Assembly (NCBI GenBank): GCA_031425295.1
Contig: JANPJB010000007.1
Span: 1,459-65,458, forward strand
Direction of reading: 5' to 3'
Length of the DNA: 64,000 nt
Source: Flavobacterium sp.
GTDB lineage: Bacteria; Bacteroidota; Bacteroidia; Flavobacteriales; Flavobacteriaceae
Shown here: positions 19,075 to 29,202 of the stretch, one piece after another
Position numbering within the stretch: position 1 is the stretch's first letter
Layout of the letters: every line of letters starts with the position of its first letter
Position numbers and translations under genes: made by a program
The notes under the pieces: model-generated
What the model saw: the letters and a program-made list of their open reading frames with translations, nothing else
Database searches by the model: none
What the model was told of the DNA's origin: nothing

Positions 19075-19974
19075 ATGGACATTTCACTCAATAAAGACCA
19101 ACAAAAATCAGTAGGATTGACCATCCTTGTGATGGCATTGCTCCTACTGATCTTATTCTTTGTTCGATTTTGGCCACCTGCAAACCTAAAGTTATTAGGC
19201 GGTGGCGGCGGTGGCGGAATCGAAATGAACTTCGGCGACAGCGATTTCGGCATGGGCGATAACTTCAAAAGTGAAGTTTTGAATGTCAAAGACGAAGCGA
19301 AACAAGCACCAACACCAGTCACTTCAAAAGAGGATAACATCATTACCGAAGATGATTCGCAAGACGATGTGATTGCGATGCCTAAAAACGAAAAGGTAAA
19401 AAAACCAACACCGGTCGTTGAAAAAACAGTTACAAAACCAATCGTTGTTGAAAAACCAAAAGTTTCTAAGAATACGAATGATGCGCTTTCCAATATTTTG
19501 AATTCGAATAAAGGCGGCGACGGCAATGATAAAACCAGCGGAAACAAAGGAAGACCGGATGGTAGTTTATCATCGGGTGGTTATAGCGGAAGCGGCTCCG
19601 GCACAGGGTCTGGAACGGGTTCAGGTTCTGGGAACGGATCAGGAAACGGCTCAGGAAGCGGCAGTGGTAATGGCAGTGGCGATGGCTCCGGAACAGGAAG
19701 CGGATCGGGTTATTTCCTAGGCAACAGAAAAGCTTTAAGCAAACCCGTACCGAATTACACCTGCAATGAAGAAGGAAAAGTAGCGGTGCAAATTGCAGTA
19801 GATAAATCAGGTAATGTTGTTGATGCCAAGCCTGGCGTAAGAGGAACTACAAATGCTGCAAAATGTCTTTTAGATGAAGCCCGAAACGCGGCAATGCGGA
19901 CACGTTGGCAGGCGGACAGCAATGCTCCTGAAAAACAAGTTGGATTGATCATTTACAATTTCAATTTGAATTGA
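19075..19974 (+). CDS. TonB-like energy transducer with long Gly/Ser/Asn linker
   Basis: N-terminal TM, Pro/Lys-rich stretch, GSGSGTGSG... tract, C-terminal EEGKVAVQIAVDKSGNVV...IIYNF domain. Confidence 0.75.
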   Translation: MDISLNKDQQKSVGLTILVMALLLLILFFVRFWPPANLKLLGGGGGGGIEMNFGDSDFGMGDNFKSEVLNVKDEAKQAPTPVTSKEDNIITEDDSQDDVIAMPKNEKVKKPTPVVEKTVTKPIVVEKPKVSKNTNDALSNILNSNKGGDGNDKTSGNKGRPDGSLSSGGYSGSGSGTGSGTGSGSGNGSGNGSGSGSGNGSGDGSGTGSGSGYFLGNRKALSKPVPNYTCNEEGKVAVQIAVDKSGNVVDAKPGVRGTTNAAKCLLDEARNAAMRTRWQADSNAPEKQVGLIIYNFNLN

Positions 19975-19986
19975 TTATTTATTTCC

Positions 19987-20136
19987 AACACACATTCCAC
20001 AGCATTTCACAGCTTTAATCTGTGTTATTCTGTGGAATCTGTGTTAAAGAAACATGCTAAAAGCTCATTCTAGCAAATATTAGGTAAACGAAATCAGCCA
20101 CAAATTCACAGGTTTAATTAGTGAATTTGTGGCTGA
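19987..20136. repeat. Two long palindromic hairpins between convergent tonB and exbD (REP-like or bidirectional terminators)
   Basis: aacacacattccacag...ctgtggaatctgtgtt (19987-20045) and tcagccacaaattcac...gtgaatttgtggctga (20094-20136). Confidence 0.75.
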
Positions 20137-20153
20137 ATATTTTATTTTAGCAT

Positions 20154-20546
20154 TTACTTCGGACTTGTTGCAATTACGAACTTGAGTTTGTTCTTAACCC
20201 CGATTTGAAGCACATCGACCAAATCCTGCACCTGCATATTAAAAGGTATTCTGACTACAACCGTTTGGTCTTTAGCCGGATCCATTTTGGAAAGCAGCAA
20301 CGCTTCGAGTTTTTCAAAATCAACTTGTTCTTTGTCTACGAAAAACTGTTTGTCTTCGGTTACTGAAAGCGTGATCAATTGCTTGTTCGTCTTTTCGTTT
20401 GTTTTCGATTTCGGTAAAGTCATGCGAATCACATTCGGGTTCGCTAAAGTCGATATGATCAGGAAAAACAATAGCAAAAAGAACATGATGTCACTCAATG
20501 ATGAAGTCGCTACTTCAGCATGAAATCTTTTATTTCGTTTTATCAT
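20154..20546 (-). CDS. exbD: ExbD/TolR biopolymer transporter
   Basis: SLSDIMFFLLLFFLI TM with conserved Asp; overlaps exbB. Confidence 0.88.
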   Translation of the reverse strand: MIKRNKRFHAEVATSSLSDIMFFLLLFFLIISTLANPNVIRMTLPKSKTNEKTNKQLITLSVTEDKQFFVDKEQVDFEKLEALLLSKMDPAKDQTVVVRIPFNMQVQDLVDVLQIGVKNKLKFVIATSPK

Positions 20547-21243
20547 TGTTTGGTCTTTGAATGATATTTACAAATTCTAATACTTGTCTTTGGATCGACA
20601 ATGAAAAACCATCGATTTTACCGTTGAGCAAGTGATAGCCACTATAGGCCAAAATACCGACAATCAGACCCGCACCCGAGCTGATCATTTTTTCATACAA
20701 ACCTCCGGAAATATTACCGATACTGATATCTTCGGTTACCGAAATACTGTAGAAAATCTTGATTACACCCGAAATGGTTCCGATAAAACCCAATGTTGGC
20801 GCAATACCAGCGATCAAACCGAGCTGTCCTAGATGTTTTTCCATTTGACCGATTTCGATGTTCGCGGCACGTTCCATATTCGATTCGATTTCAGAAATCG
20901 GACGGCCTATCGTCAGAATTCCTTCCTTTAATATTATACCTTGGGCGGTTCCTACTCGATCTGCAGCGGAGTGCGCCATATCGAGATGACCTGCGTTGAG
21001 ACTGTTGCGAATATCTTTGGTCAGATGCTGGTCGATTTTTGCCGCTTTGTGGATGTATAAAAATCTTTCGAAAATCAGATAAATGGTATAAACCAACAAG
21101 ATTACAATCGGGATTAGAAAAAATCCACCTTTAAAGATAAATTCCAAAACTGACACTTCTGTATTCAGCGGTGTATTTTGAGCCACTTCAGCAGTAGCTT
21201 GCGATAAAGTATCAGCTTGTATTTGCAAAAACGTCGTAATCAT
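20530..21243 (-). CDS. exbB: ExbB/MotA/TolQ proton channel protein
   Basis: Likely start MITTFLQ at 21243; IAPTLGFIGTISGVI, MISSGAGLIVGI. Confidence 0.88.
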   Translation of the reverse strand: MITTFLQIQADTLSQATAEVAQNTPLNTEVSVLEFIFKGGFFLIPIVILLVYTIYLIFERFLYIHKAAKIDQHLTKDIRNSLNAGHLDMAHSAADRVGTAQGIILKEGILTIGRPISEIESNMERAANIEIGQMEKHLGQLGLIAGIAPTLGFIGTISGVIKIFYSISVTEDISIGNISGGLYEKMISSGAGLIVGILAYSGYHLLNGKIDGFSLSIQRQVLEFVNIIQRPNNDKTK

Positions 21244-21370
21244 ATTTGTTTGTTTTTTTTGACTTTTATGATAAATTAATTTCAATTTTGTATCGACAAC
21301 GCCGACTTCACAATATTAAACTAAAAAAAGAAGAAAATATTTTACCTCAAAATTTATTTATTAAAAAGTA

Positions 21371-22594
21371 ATGAACTATCAAGACACCGTCAACTGGATG
21401 TTTAAGCAATTACCGATGTACCAAATGCAGGGTGCGATCGCTTATAAAAAAGATTTGACCAACACCCTTTTGCTGGTTGACTATCTCGGAAATCCTCAAG
21501 CAAACTTAAAGTGCATTCATGTCGCAGGAACCAACGGAAAAGGCTCGACATCGCACATGCTGGCATCGATTTTTCAGGAAGCCGGATATAAAGTTGGGCT
21601 ATATACTTCGCCGCATTTGAAAGATTTTCGGGAGCGCATTAAGATTAACGGCGACATGATTACTGAGGAATTTGTAGTGGAATTCATCAATAAGCACCGC
21701 ACTTTTTTTGAAAGGCATGAACTCAGTTTTTTTGAAATGAGCGTTGGTCTCGCCTTTGCCTATTTTAATCATCTGAATATTGATATTGCGATTATAGAAA
21801 CCGGTATGGGCGGAAGGCTTGATGCCACCAACGTCATCCGACCATTGATATCAGTAATTACTAACATCGGCTTCGATCATACAGCATTTTTAGGCAATAC
21901 TTTAGCTTTGATTGCAGCGGAAAAAGCAGGCATTATTAAAACGAATGTTCCTGTGGTGATTGGTGAATATACCAAAGAAACCAAATCGGTATTTACTTTA
22001 AAAGCAAATGAAACCCAGTCTGAGATTTACTTCTCTTCTGATTTAATTTCAGAAACCTATCCCGCAGCATTGCTGGGAAACTATCAAATTCACAATAGGA
22101 AAACGGTATTGCAGACGATTCGGGTGCTCCAAGCGCAGCGTCAATTTGTGATTACAGAACACGATATCCGAAAAGGTTTCTTAAAAGTAATTGAGAACAC
22201 CGGATTACACGGACGGTGGCAGCAATTGCAAGAACATCCAAAAGTCATTTGCGACACGGCACATAATGCTGCAGGTTTAACTTCCGTGATTGGTCAGATC
22301 CTTGAAGAACACTATGATCAATTGCATATAGTGTTGGGCGTTGTGAATGATAAAGATTTGAATGAAATTTTGCCGTTATTTCCAAAAGAAGCGGTTTATT
22401 ATTTTTGCAGACCGAATATTCCACGTGGTCTCGACGCTGCAATTTTAAAAGATAAAGCCACCGAAATGGGATTATCCGGCAGTATTTACAACTCAGTTTC
22501 AGAAGCTTACCAAACTGCATTAAATCGTGCCTCGCCTTCTGATCTTATTTTTATTGGCGGGAGTACTTTTGTAGTTGCAGAAATTTTGGAATAA
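21371..22594 (+). CDS. folC: Folylpolyglutamate synthase/dihydrofolate synthase
   Basis: HVAGTNGKGST, YTSPHL, ETGMGGRLDATN, EKAGIIK, DTAHN. Confidence 0.95.
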   Translation: MNYQDTVNWMFKQLPMYQMQGAIAYKKDLTNTLLLVDYLGNPQANLKCIHVAGTNGKGSTSHMLASIFQEAGYKVGLYTSPHLKDFRERIKINGDMITEEFVVEFINKHRTFFERHELSFFEMSVGLAFAYFNHLNIDIAIIETGMGGRLDATNVIRPLISVITNIGFDHTAFLGNTLALIAAEKAGIIKTNVPVVIGEYTKETKSVFTLKANETQSEIYFSSDLISETYPAALLGNYQIHNRKTVLQTIRVLQAQRQFVITEHDIRKGFLKVIENTGLHGRWQQLQEHPKVICDTAHNAAGLTSVIGQILEEHYDQLHIVLGVVNDKDLNEILPLFPKEAVYYFCRPNIPRGLDAAILKDKATEMGLSGSIYNSVSEAYQTALNRASPSDLIFIGGSTFVVAEILE

Positions 22595-22606
22595 AATGAA
22601 AATTTG

Positions 22607-22637
22607 TTTGCATATATAAAAAACTGCCTTATATTTG
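22607..22637 (+). promoter_or_regulatory. Housekeeping sigma promoter of the tRNA pair
   Basis: TTTG (22607-22610) - 19 bp - TATATTTG (22630-22637), the Bacteroidota -33/-7 consensus. Confidence 0.75.
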
Positions 22638-22649
22638 CACACGCATTCA

Positions 22650-22724
22650 GGGCGATTAGCTCAGTTGGTTCAGAGCATCTGGTTTACACCCAGAGGGTCG
22701 GGGGTTCGAATCCCTCATCGCCCA
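22650..22724 (+). tRNA. tRNA-Val(TAC)
   Basis: Acceptor GGGCGAT/ATCGCCC, anticodon arm TCTGG-TTTACAC-CCAGA, GTTCGAAT T-loop. Confidence 0.97.
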
Positions 22725-22725
22725 C

Positions 22726-22753
22726 AAAAGCAAGTCACACGACTTGCTTTTTT
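22726..22753 (+). terminator. Intrinsic terminator-like hairpin between the two tRNAs
   Basis: AAAAGCAAGTC-ACAC-GACTTGCTTTTTT. Confidence 0.75.
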
Positions 22754-22767
22754 ATTTTAATACAAAC

Positions 22768-22841
22768 GGGCTATTAACTCAGCGGTTCAGAGTGCTACCT
22801 CGACAAGGTAGAAGTCACTGGTTCGAATCCAGTATGGCCCA
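22768..22841 (+). tRNA. tRNA-Val(GAC) with C at position 33
   Basis: Acceptor GGGCTAT/ATGGCCC, D-arm ACTC/GAGT, anticodon arm CTACC-TCGACAA-GGTAG, T-arm ACTGG-TTCGAAT-CCAGT. Confidence 0.93.
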
Positions 22842-23346
22842 CAACTTAAAAAAAATGGCGTCAATACCCGATAAATCTTAGGATTTTATCGGGTATTTGC
22901 TTTTGCAGTTACACCAAATTATTCATTCAATCTTATTTCTTACCAGATACGATCGAGATCCTACAGAAACAATATCGCTCGATTTTAACAATCAATACCA
23001 GGACGAAACACTGCAACGAAGTGAAAGCAAAATACACAATAAATAACAGCAGAAACCAAATGCCTACTGTAAAAAGTTGGCCGCTGTAATTAAAAACTTT
23101 ACCGAGGTGGTTTTGTTTGTGCCAACCAATGCAAAGCCAGCGCTGTTTAATTTTATTGGCAAACCCATTTTTTGAAAATATAAAATTTGAAGTGGTCAAT
23201 GCTAATAACATCAACAACAACCAGTAACATCAATTTGTAAGGGAGCATTTCAAAAAGATCGATTTCAAAATTATTTAAATGTTGCCATGACAAGTCAAAA
23301 ATGCAGTAACTTTATGCAATAAATCCTTTCACAAATACTTATCGAT

Positions 23347-24036
23347 ATGAAAATACTTATTGTACTTACGTCCCATGACACTTTAGGAACCAGCGGGGAA
23401 AAAACTGGTTTCTGGGTCGAGGAATTCGCAGCGCCTTACTACGTCTTTGCGGATGCAGGCGCAGCAATAACCATTGCATCTCCAAAAGGAGGACAGCCAC
23501 CCGTTGATCCAAAAAGCGAAGCTGCAGACGCGCAGACTGCGGACACGCAAAGATTCTACAAAGACAATATTGCGATCGACCTTGTAGCGCATTCCCTAAA
23601 ATTAAGTGACATAGACCAGACTGATTACGATGGGGTATTTTATCCCGGTGGTCATGGTCCGCTCTGGGATTTGGCCAATGATAAAGATTCGATCAACCTG
23701 ATTGAAGACTTTTACAACGATCAGAAACCAATCGCTTTCGTATGTCATTCCCCTGCAGCCTTGGTCAATGTAAAAACTAAAGATGGAGAGCCTTTGGTAA
23801 AAGGAAAACAACTGACCGGTTTTTCAAATACAGAAGAAGAAGCCGTAAAGTTAACCAAGGTAGTGCCATTTTTACTCGAAGATGAGCTTACCAAACACGG
23901 TGCCCATTACACTAAAGGAAAAGACTGGGAATCGTATGTCAAACAAGATGGTTTGATAATTACAGGACAGAATCCTGGGTCTTCGGCAGCGGCGGCAAAA
24001 TTACTGCTCCAAACACTGGAACGTGAAAAACAATAA
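23347..24036 (+). CDS. DJ-1/PfpI (ThiJ; Hsp31-like) family protein
   Basis: TGFWVEEF, YPGGHGPLWDL, FVCHSPA nucleophile Cys, TGQNPGS. Confidence 0.9.
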   Translation: MKILIVLTSHDTLGTSGEKTGFWVEEFAAPYYVFADAGAAITIASPKGGQPPVDPKSEAADAQTADTQRFYKDNIAIDLVAHSLKLSDIDQTDYDGVFYPGGHGPLWDLANDKDSINLIEDFYNDQKPIAFVCHSPAALVNVKTKDGEPLVKGKQLTGFSNTEEEAVKLTKVVPFLLEDELTKHGAHYTKGKDWESYVKQDGLIITGQNPGSSAAAAKLLLQTLEREKQ

Positions 24037-24152
24037 AGGGATCTTGTTAGCGGTCAACAAGATCAAATACCTAAACTTAAATCCAAATTCGTATTTTCGA
24101 TCATAACCAAAAAAGACCATCTGTTGCATAAGGTGTTAAATCCATCATTTAT

Positions 24153-24183
24153 TTTGCTAGTTTGAAAATTAAACTTACATTTG
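24153..24183 (+). promoter_or_regulatory. his operon promoter
   Basis: TTTG (24153-24156) - 19 bp - TACATTTG (24176-24183). Confidence 0.7.
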
Positions 24184-24202
24184 CGTCAACAAAAAAGGAA
24201 AA

Positions 24203-24256
24203 ATGAATTTTAATACTTTACATCATGTCTCTTATTTATTCGCTCAAGCGAGGTGA
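24203..24256 (+). CDS. hisL: his operon leader peptide MNFNTLHHVSYLFAQAR
   Basis: 17-codon ORF with tandem CAT CAT codons between the promoter and a terminator upstream of hisG. Confidence 0.75.
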   Translation: MNFNTLHHVSYLFAQAR

Positions 24257-24287
24257 TAGAGGTATGCTGTAATTAAAACAATATTTC

Positions 24288-24320
24288 AAAACCCGTCTGA
24301 GTAAATCAGACGGGTTTTTT
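24288..24320 (+). terminator. Attenuator terminator of the his leader
   Basis: AAAACCCGTCTGA-GTAAA-TCAGACGGGTTTTTT, 42 bp before the hisG start. Confidence 0.85.
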
Positions 24321-24362
24321 GTTTTCTACCCTATTGGTTTACTCAGCTAAAACTTAACAAAA

Positions 24363-25220
24363 ATGAGTAAACTAAAAATTGCAATTCAAAAAAGCGGACG
24401 ACTCAGTGAAAAGTCCCTAAAACTGCTGGAAGAATGTGGAATAAAAATTTCTAACGGAGACCGAAAACTAAAAGCAGAGGCAACAAACTTCCCTGTTGAA
24501 ATTTTGTTTTTGCGTGATGATGATATTCCACAATACGTTGAACAAGGCGTAGCCCACATTGGTATTCTGGGTGAAAACGAAGTTTGGGAAAAAAATAAGA
24601 ACGTAACTGTAGTCGAGAAATTGGGATTTGCGAACTGCAAACTTTCATTGGCTATTCCAAAGGATGAAATCTATACTGGGCTCAATTTTTTTCAACATAA
24701 AAGAATTGCGACAAGTTATCCGGGCATTCTTCAAAAATTCTTTGATGAAAAGAGCATTAGTGTCAACATTGAAGAAATAGGCGGAAGCGTAGAAATAGCG
24801 CCCGGAATTGGTTTAGCCGAAGCCATTTTCGATATTGTAAGTACCGGTAGCACCTTGCTTATGAATGGTTTAAAAGAAGTTGAAGTGGTTGCCAAAAGCG
24901 AAGCCGTGCTCATCTCGGCGCCCAAACTTGATTTTGAAAAACAGCAAATATTGGAAAAATTGCTCTTTCGAATTAAAGCAGTAAAAAACGCTTCACAAAA
25001 CAAGTACATTTTGTTAAATGCTCCAAATTCAGCTATTCAAAATATTTGCAAAACATTACCCGGAATGAAGTCACCAACGGTTTTGCCTTTGGCAGAAGAA
25101 GGATGGAGTAGTTTACACTCTGTAGTCAAAGAAGATGAATTTTGGGATGTTATAGATCAACTCAAAATATATGGTGCTCAAGGAATTTTGGTTGTTCCGA
25201 TCGAGAAAATGATAATTTAA
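24363..25220 (+). CDS. hisG: ATP phosphoribosyltransferase, long form
   Basis: IAIQKSGRL, RDDDIP, IATSYP, GSVEIAP, DIVSTGSTL, C-terminal regulatory domain PGMKSPTV. Confidence 0.97.
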   Translation: MSKLKIAIQKSGRLSEKSLKLLEECGIKISNGDRKLKAEATNFPVEILFLRDDDIPQYVEQGVAHIGILGENEVWEKNKNVTVVEKLGFANCKLSLAIPKDEIYTGLNFFQHKRIATSYPGILQKFFDEKSISVNIEEIGGSVEIAPGIGLAEAIFDIVSTGSTLLMNGLKEVEVVAKSEAVLISAPKLDFEKQQILEKLLFRIKAVKNASQNKYILLNAPNSAIQNICKTLPGMKSPTVLPLAEEGWSSLHSVVKEDEFWDVIDQLKIYGAQGILVVPIEKMII

Positions 25221-25234
25221 AAATTAAGAAGGTA

Positions 25235-26527
25235 ATGAATACAATAAAATATCCAAACAAAAGCGAGTGGACTACCCTGATAAAAAGACCTGCAATTGCA
25301 CAACAAGAATTGTTTGCGTTGGTCAATCAGGTTTTTGTAGAAATTAAAAAAGATGGTGACAAAGCAGTAAAAAAGTACAATCACTTTTTCGATAGTGTGG
25401 ATCTAGATAATCTGGAAGTAAGCGAAAAAAGCATAATGGAATCCTTAAATAAGGTATCACAAGAATTGCAAGATGCGATACGATTAGCGAAAAGTAACAT
25501 TGAAACATTTCATGCTAAACAACAAGAAAGGAAACAAGTGATAGAGACTACAAAAGGTGTCCACTGTTGGAGGGAAAGCCGACCTATAGAAAAAGTAGGC
25601 ATCTATATTCCTGGTGGGTCTGCCCCTCTATTCTCTACAGTACTAATGTTGGGAATCCCTGCGAATTTGGCTGGCTGCAAAGAAATTGTGGTGTGCACAC
25701 CTCCAAACAAAAAAGGAGGAATAAATCCAGCTATTTTGTTTGCCTGCAATCTCGTAGGAATTAGTAAAATTTTTGCAGTTGGGGGCATTCAGGCAATAGG
25801 AGCAATGACCTTTGGCACGAAATCCATCCCACAAGTGGATAAGCTATTTGGTCCTGGGAATCAGTATGTAACAGCCGCCAAACAAGCAGCCCTTCACTAC
25901 GGTGTTGCAATAGATATGCCCGCGGGTCCTAGTGAAGTGCTGGTTATTGCCGATAAATCCTGCAACCCACAATTTGTTGCGGCCGATTTACTTTCACAGG
26001 CCGAACACGGACCCGATAGTCAGGTAATATTATTGTCTGACAATGAAGATGTAGTTCAACGAACACTTATAGAATTAAAAGAGCAACTTAAAGCATTGCC
26101 AAGAAAAGAAATCGCGGAAAATGCCCTTAAAAACAGTCAGGCAATTGTATTAAAAAATATTGAAGAGTGTATTGCTTTTAGTAATGATTATGCGCCCGAG
26201 CATTTAATTTTAGCCATTAAAAAATATAGCAAATACACACAAAAAATAAGCAATGCTGGTTCCGTGTTTTTAGGCCATTACAGTTGCGAAAGTGCGGGCG
26301 ATTATGCAAGTGGCACAAACCACACCTTGCCAACCAACGGCTATGCTAAAAATTATAGCGGCGTGTCGCTCGATAGTTTTGTAAAGAAAATCACGTTTCA
26401 GGAAATCAGCGAAGAGGGAATTAGAAATATCGGTCCGGCAGTTGAAATAATGGCTGAAGCAGAGGGATTAATCGCTCACAAAAATGCAGTAACCGTTCGA
26501 TTACAAAATCTTAAAGAGACCGTATAA
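25235..26527 (+). CDS. hisD: Histidinol dehydrogenase
   Basis: Likely ATG at 25235 (MNTIKYP); YIPGG, GPGNQYV, DMPAGPSEV, SQAEHG, APEHL, GDYASGTNHTLPT. Confidence 0.97.
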   Translation: MNTIKYPNKSEWTTLIKRPAIAQQELFALVNQVFVEIKKDGDKAVKKYNHFFDSVDLDNLEVSEKSIMESLNKVSQELQDAIRLAKSNIETFHAKQQERKQVIETTKGVHCWRESRPIEKVGIYIPGGSAPLFSTVLMLGIPANLAGCKEIVVCTPPNKKGGINPAILFACNLVGISKIFAVGGIQAIGAMTFGTKSIPQVDKLFGPGNQYVTAAKQAALHYGVAIDMPAGPSEVLVIADKSCNPQFVAADLLSQAEHGPDSQVILLSDNEDVVQRTLIELKEQLKALPRKEIAENALKNSQAIVLKNIEECIAFSNDYAPEHLILAIKKYSKYTQKISNAGSVFLGHYSCESAGDYASGTNHTLPTNGYAKNYSGVSLDSFVKKITFQEISEEGIRNIGPAVEIMAEAEGLIAHKNAVTVRLQNLKETV

Positions 26528-26528
26528 A

Positions 26529-27539
26529 ATGAATATTGAAAATATAATACGCCCAAACATCTTAGCATTAAAGCCTTACAGCAGTGCTCGTGATGAGTTT
26601 AAAGGTAAATCCGGGATTTTTTTAGATGCCAATGAAAATCCGTTTGGTACTTTAAATCGTTACCCTGATCCCTATCAAAAATCGTTAAAAGAGAAACTGT
26701 CTTCTTTAAAGAATATAGCTGCCAATAGTATTTTTATAGGTAATGGTAGCGATGAAGTAATTGACTTAACGTTCCGAATCTTTTGCAATCCCGGCACGGA
26801 TAAAGTGATTGTTTGTCCACCAACATACGGCATGTACGAAGTGTCAGCAAACATCAACGATGTAGCGTTAATGTCAATTCCTTTGGATGAATCGTTTCAA
26901 TTAAACATCGAAGAAATTTTATCTACTGAAGCCAAAATGATTTTCCTATGTTCTCCAAACAATCCAAGCGGTAATAGTCTTGATAACATCGAAAAAATTA
27001 TTCAAAACTTTAACGGAATTGTATTTGTCGATGAGGCTTACATTGATTTTAGTTCAAGGGAGTCACTTCTTTCAAAAGTAAATGACTATCCAAATTTAAT
27101 CGTGTCACAAACGCTGAGTAAGGCATGGGGGGTTGCTGCTATCCGCATTGGAATTGCCTATGCCAGTGAAGCAATCATTGGGTATTTTAACAAAGTAAAA
27201 CCGCCTTATAATGTGAGTCAACTTAATCAGTTTGAAGCCTTAAAAACATTAGAAAATACAAGTGTTTTCAATGAAAACAAGAATACAATTATCTCCCAAC
27301 GCGGTTGGTTGCAGGAGCAAATTTCAAACTTAGATTATATAGAAAAAATTTACCCAACAAATTCAAACTTTCTCCTAGTAAAGACCAAAGATGCGAATAG
27401 CATTTATCAAAAACTTATCGAGAATCAAATCGTGGTTCGCAACCGTCATTCGGTCGTTGAAAATTGTTTGAGAATAACCGTTGGAACACCTGACGAAAAC
27501 ACGAAGCTTGTAGAATTTTTAAAAAATATCACGTCATGA
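26529..27539 (+). CDS. hisC: Histidinol-phosphate aminotransferase
   Basis: [36 protein letters not shown] lysine. Confidence 0.97.
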   Translation: MNIENIIRPNILALKPYSSARDEFKGKSGIFLDANENPFGTLNRYPDPYQKSLKEKLSSLKNIAANSIFIGNGSDEVIDLTFRIFCNPGTDKVIVCPPTYGMYEVSANINDVALMSIPLDESFQLNIEEILSTEAKMIFLCSPNNPSGNSLDNIEKIIQNFNGIVFVDEAYIDFSSRESLLSKVNDYPNLIVSQTLSKAWGVAAIRIGIAYASEAIIGYFNKVKPPYNVSQLNQFEALKTLENTSVFNENKNTIISQRGWLQEQISNLDYIEKIYPTNSNFLLVKTKDANSIYQKLIENQIVVRNRHSVVENCLRITVGTPDENTKLVEFLKNITS

Positions 27540-28627
27540 AAAAAGTATTATTTATAGATCGAGATGGTACATTGGTAATTGAACCTCCTTTGGATTTTCA
27601 ATTGGATAGCTTAGAAAAATTAACGTTTTATCCCGGTGTATTTCAATGGCTTTCAAGAATAGCCACCAATCTAGATTTTGAATTGGTTATGGTTACCAAT
27701 CAAGACGGATTGGGTACAGATTCTTTCCCAGAAGAAACTTTTTGGCCTGCACACCATAAAATCATTCAGGCATTCAGAAATGAAGGAATTGAATTTTCCG
27801 AAATAGTAATTGACAAGACCTTTGCTCATGAAAACGCACCGACACGCAAACCCAATACAGGCTTGCTTACCCATTATATAAAAGGGAATTATGATTTAAA
27901 AAATTCCTTTGTTATCGGTGATCGTTTAACCGATGTACAATTAGCTAAAAACTTAGGAAGTAAAGCAATTTTTATGGGTCAGGAAGTTCATGAAGATAGT
28001 GTCTTAACCACAACTTCTTGGGCAGAGATCTATTCCTTTTTAGCATCACAACCCAGAAAAGCAAGAGTAATTCGTACTACCAGCGAAACTAAAATAGTCG
28101 CGGAAGTAAACTTAGATGGTTCAGGGAAATCAACTATTGCAACCGGTTTAGGGTTTTTAGACCACATGTTGGAACAACTAGCCAAACACGGGAATTTAGA
28201 TTTGACCGTTAACGTTCAAGGCGATTTGTACATTGATGAGCACCACACCATTGAAGATGTAGCCATCACTTTAGGGGAAACATTTTTACAAGCATTGGGC
28301 AGCAAAAAGGGCATTGAGCGTTATGGCTTTTTATTGCCGATGGACGATTGTTTGGCACAAGTAGCAATAGACTTTGGAGGCAGACCTTGGTTGGTATGGG
28401 ATGCCGAATTTAAGCGCGAAAAAATCGGAGAAATGCCTACCGAAATGTTCAAACATTTTTTCAAGTCGTTTAGCGATAATGCCAAATGCAACCTCAACAT
28501 CAAAGCGGAAGGCGACAACGAACATCATAAAATTGAGGCCATTTTTAAAGCATTTGCCAAGACCATAAAACGAGCGGTTGCGAAGACAAATAATTTTTCT
28601 ATTCCCAGCACAAAAGGCACACTATGA
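27536..28627 (+). CDS. hisB: Bifunctional histidinol-phosphatase/imidazoleglycerol-phosphate dehydratase
   Basis: HAD motif DRDGT, RKPNTG, IGDR..D; IGPD motifs [19 protein letters not shown]. Confidence 0.97.
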   Translation: MKKVLFIDRDGTLVIEPPLDFQLDSLEKLTFYPGVFQWLSRIATNLDFELVMVTNQDGLGTDSFPEETFWPAHHKIIQAFRNEGIEFSEIVIDKTFAHENAPTRKPNTGLLTHYIKGNYDLKNSFVIGDRLTDVQLAKNLGSKAIFMGQEVHEDSVLTTTSWAEIYSFLASQPRKARVIRTTSETKIVAEVNLDGSGKSTIATGLGFLDHMLEQLAKHGNLDLTVNVQGDLYIDEHHTIEDVAITLGETFLQALGSKKGIERYGFLLPMDDCLAQVAIDFGGRPWLVWDAEFKREKIGEMPTEMFKHFFKSFSDNAKCNLNIKAEGDNEHHKIEAIFKAFAKTIKRAVAKTNNFSIPSTKGTL

Positions 28628-29202
28628 TAGCAATTATTAAATATAACGCAGGCAATATCACCTCTGTACAAAATGCGATTAAACGCTTGGGTTTTGAATG
28701 CATCGTCACGGATGACGAACAACAAATTCGAACCGCAGATAAAGTCATTTTCCCCGGTGTCGGTGAAGCAAGTTCTGCCATGCGTTATTTGAAAGAAAGA
28801 AATATTGATAATTTGATTTTAGCACTGACGCAACCGGTGTTAGGCATTTGTTTAGGTCAGCAATTGATGTGTCAATTTTCTGAAGAAGGCAATACGCAAT
28901 GTTTGGGTATTTTTCATGCAGCAGCAAAGAAATTTCCTGCGACTGATAAAGTGCCACACATGGGTTGGACTACTCTTCAAAAGATGAATTCCAAGCTTTT
29001 TGATGGCATCAACGAACAAGATGACTTCTATTTTGTACATAGTTATTACTGTGAATTGACAGAAAACACCATCGCGGAGTGCGATTACATATTGCCCTTT
29101 AGCGCTGCCATGCAAAAAAATAATTTCTATGCAACGCAATTTCACCCTGAAAAATCGTCAAGTGTAGGCGAACAAATTTTGAAAAACTTTTTACTACTAT
29201 GA
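28624..29202 (+). CDS. hisH: IGP synthase glutaminase subunit
   Basis: PGVG, GICLG, YFVHSY, QFHPEKS. Confidence 0.97.
   Translation: MIAIIKYNAGNITSVQNAIKRLGFECIVTDDEQQIRTADKVIFPGVGEASSAMRYLKERNIDNLILALTQPVLGICLGQQLMCQFSEEGNTQCLGIFHAAAKKFPATDKVPHMGWTTLQKMNSKLFDGINEQDDFYFVHSYYCELTENTIAECDYILPFSAAMQKNNFYATQFHPEKSSSVGEQILKNFLLL

Noticed and set aside
19560-19710. CRISPR-like or non-coding repeat
   Set aside because: The repeats are in-frame Gly/Ser codons inside the TonB-like gene; there is no repeat-spacer structure or cas gene anywhere in the window.
22933-23220. 95-aa ORF downstream of tRNA-Val(GAC)
   Set aside because: It has a TTG start, no recognisable motif and lies in AT-rich DNA. It could be a gene remnant but I cannot support a call.
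23271-23314. DJ-1/PfpI gene as a member of the TCATATAAA regulon
   Set aside because: The nearest similar 9-mer (TTATTTAAA) is 27 bp from the -7-like box, outside the 20-21 bp spacing.
25142-25234. Apparent hisG/hisD overlap or frameshift fusion
   Set aside because: This is only an upstream in-frame TTG extension. hisG ends normally at 25220 and hisD has a good ATG at 25235.
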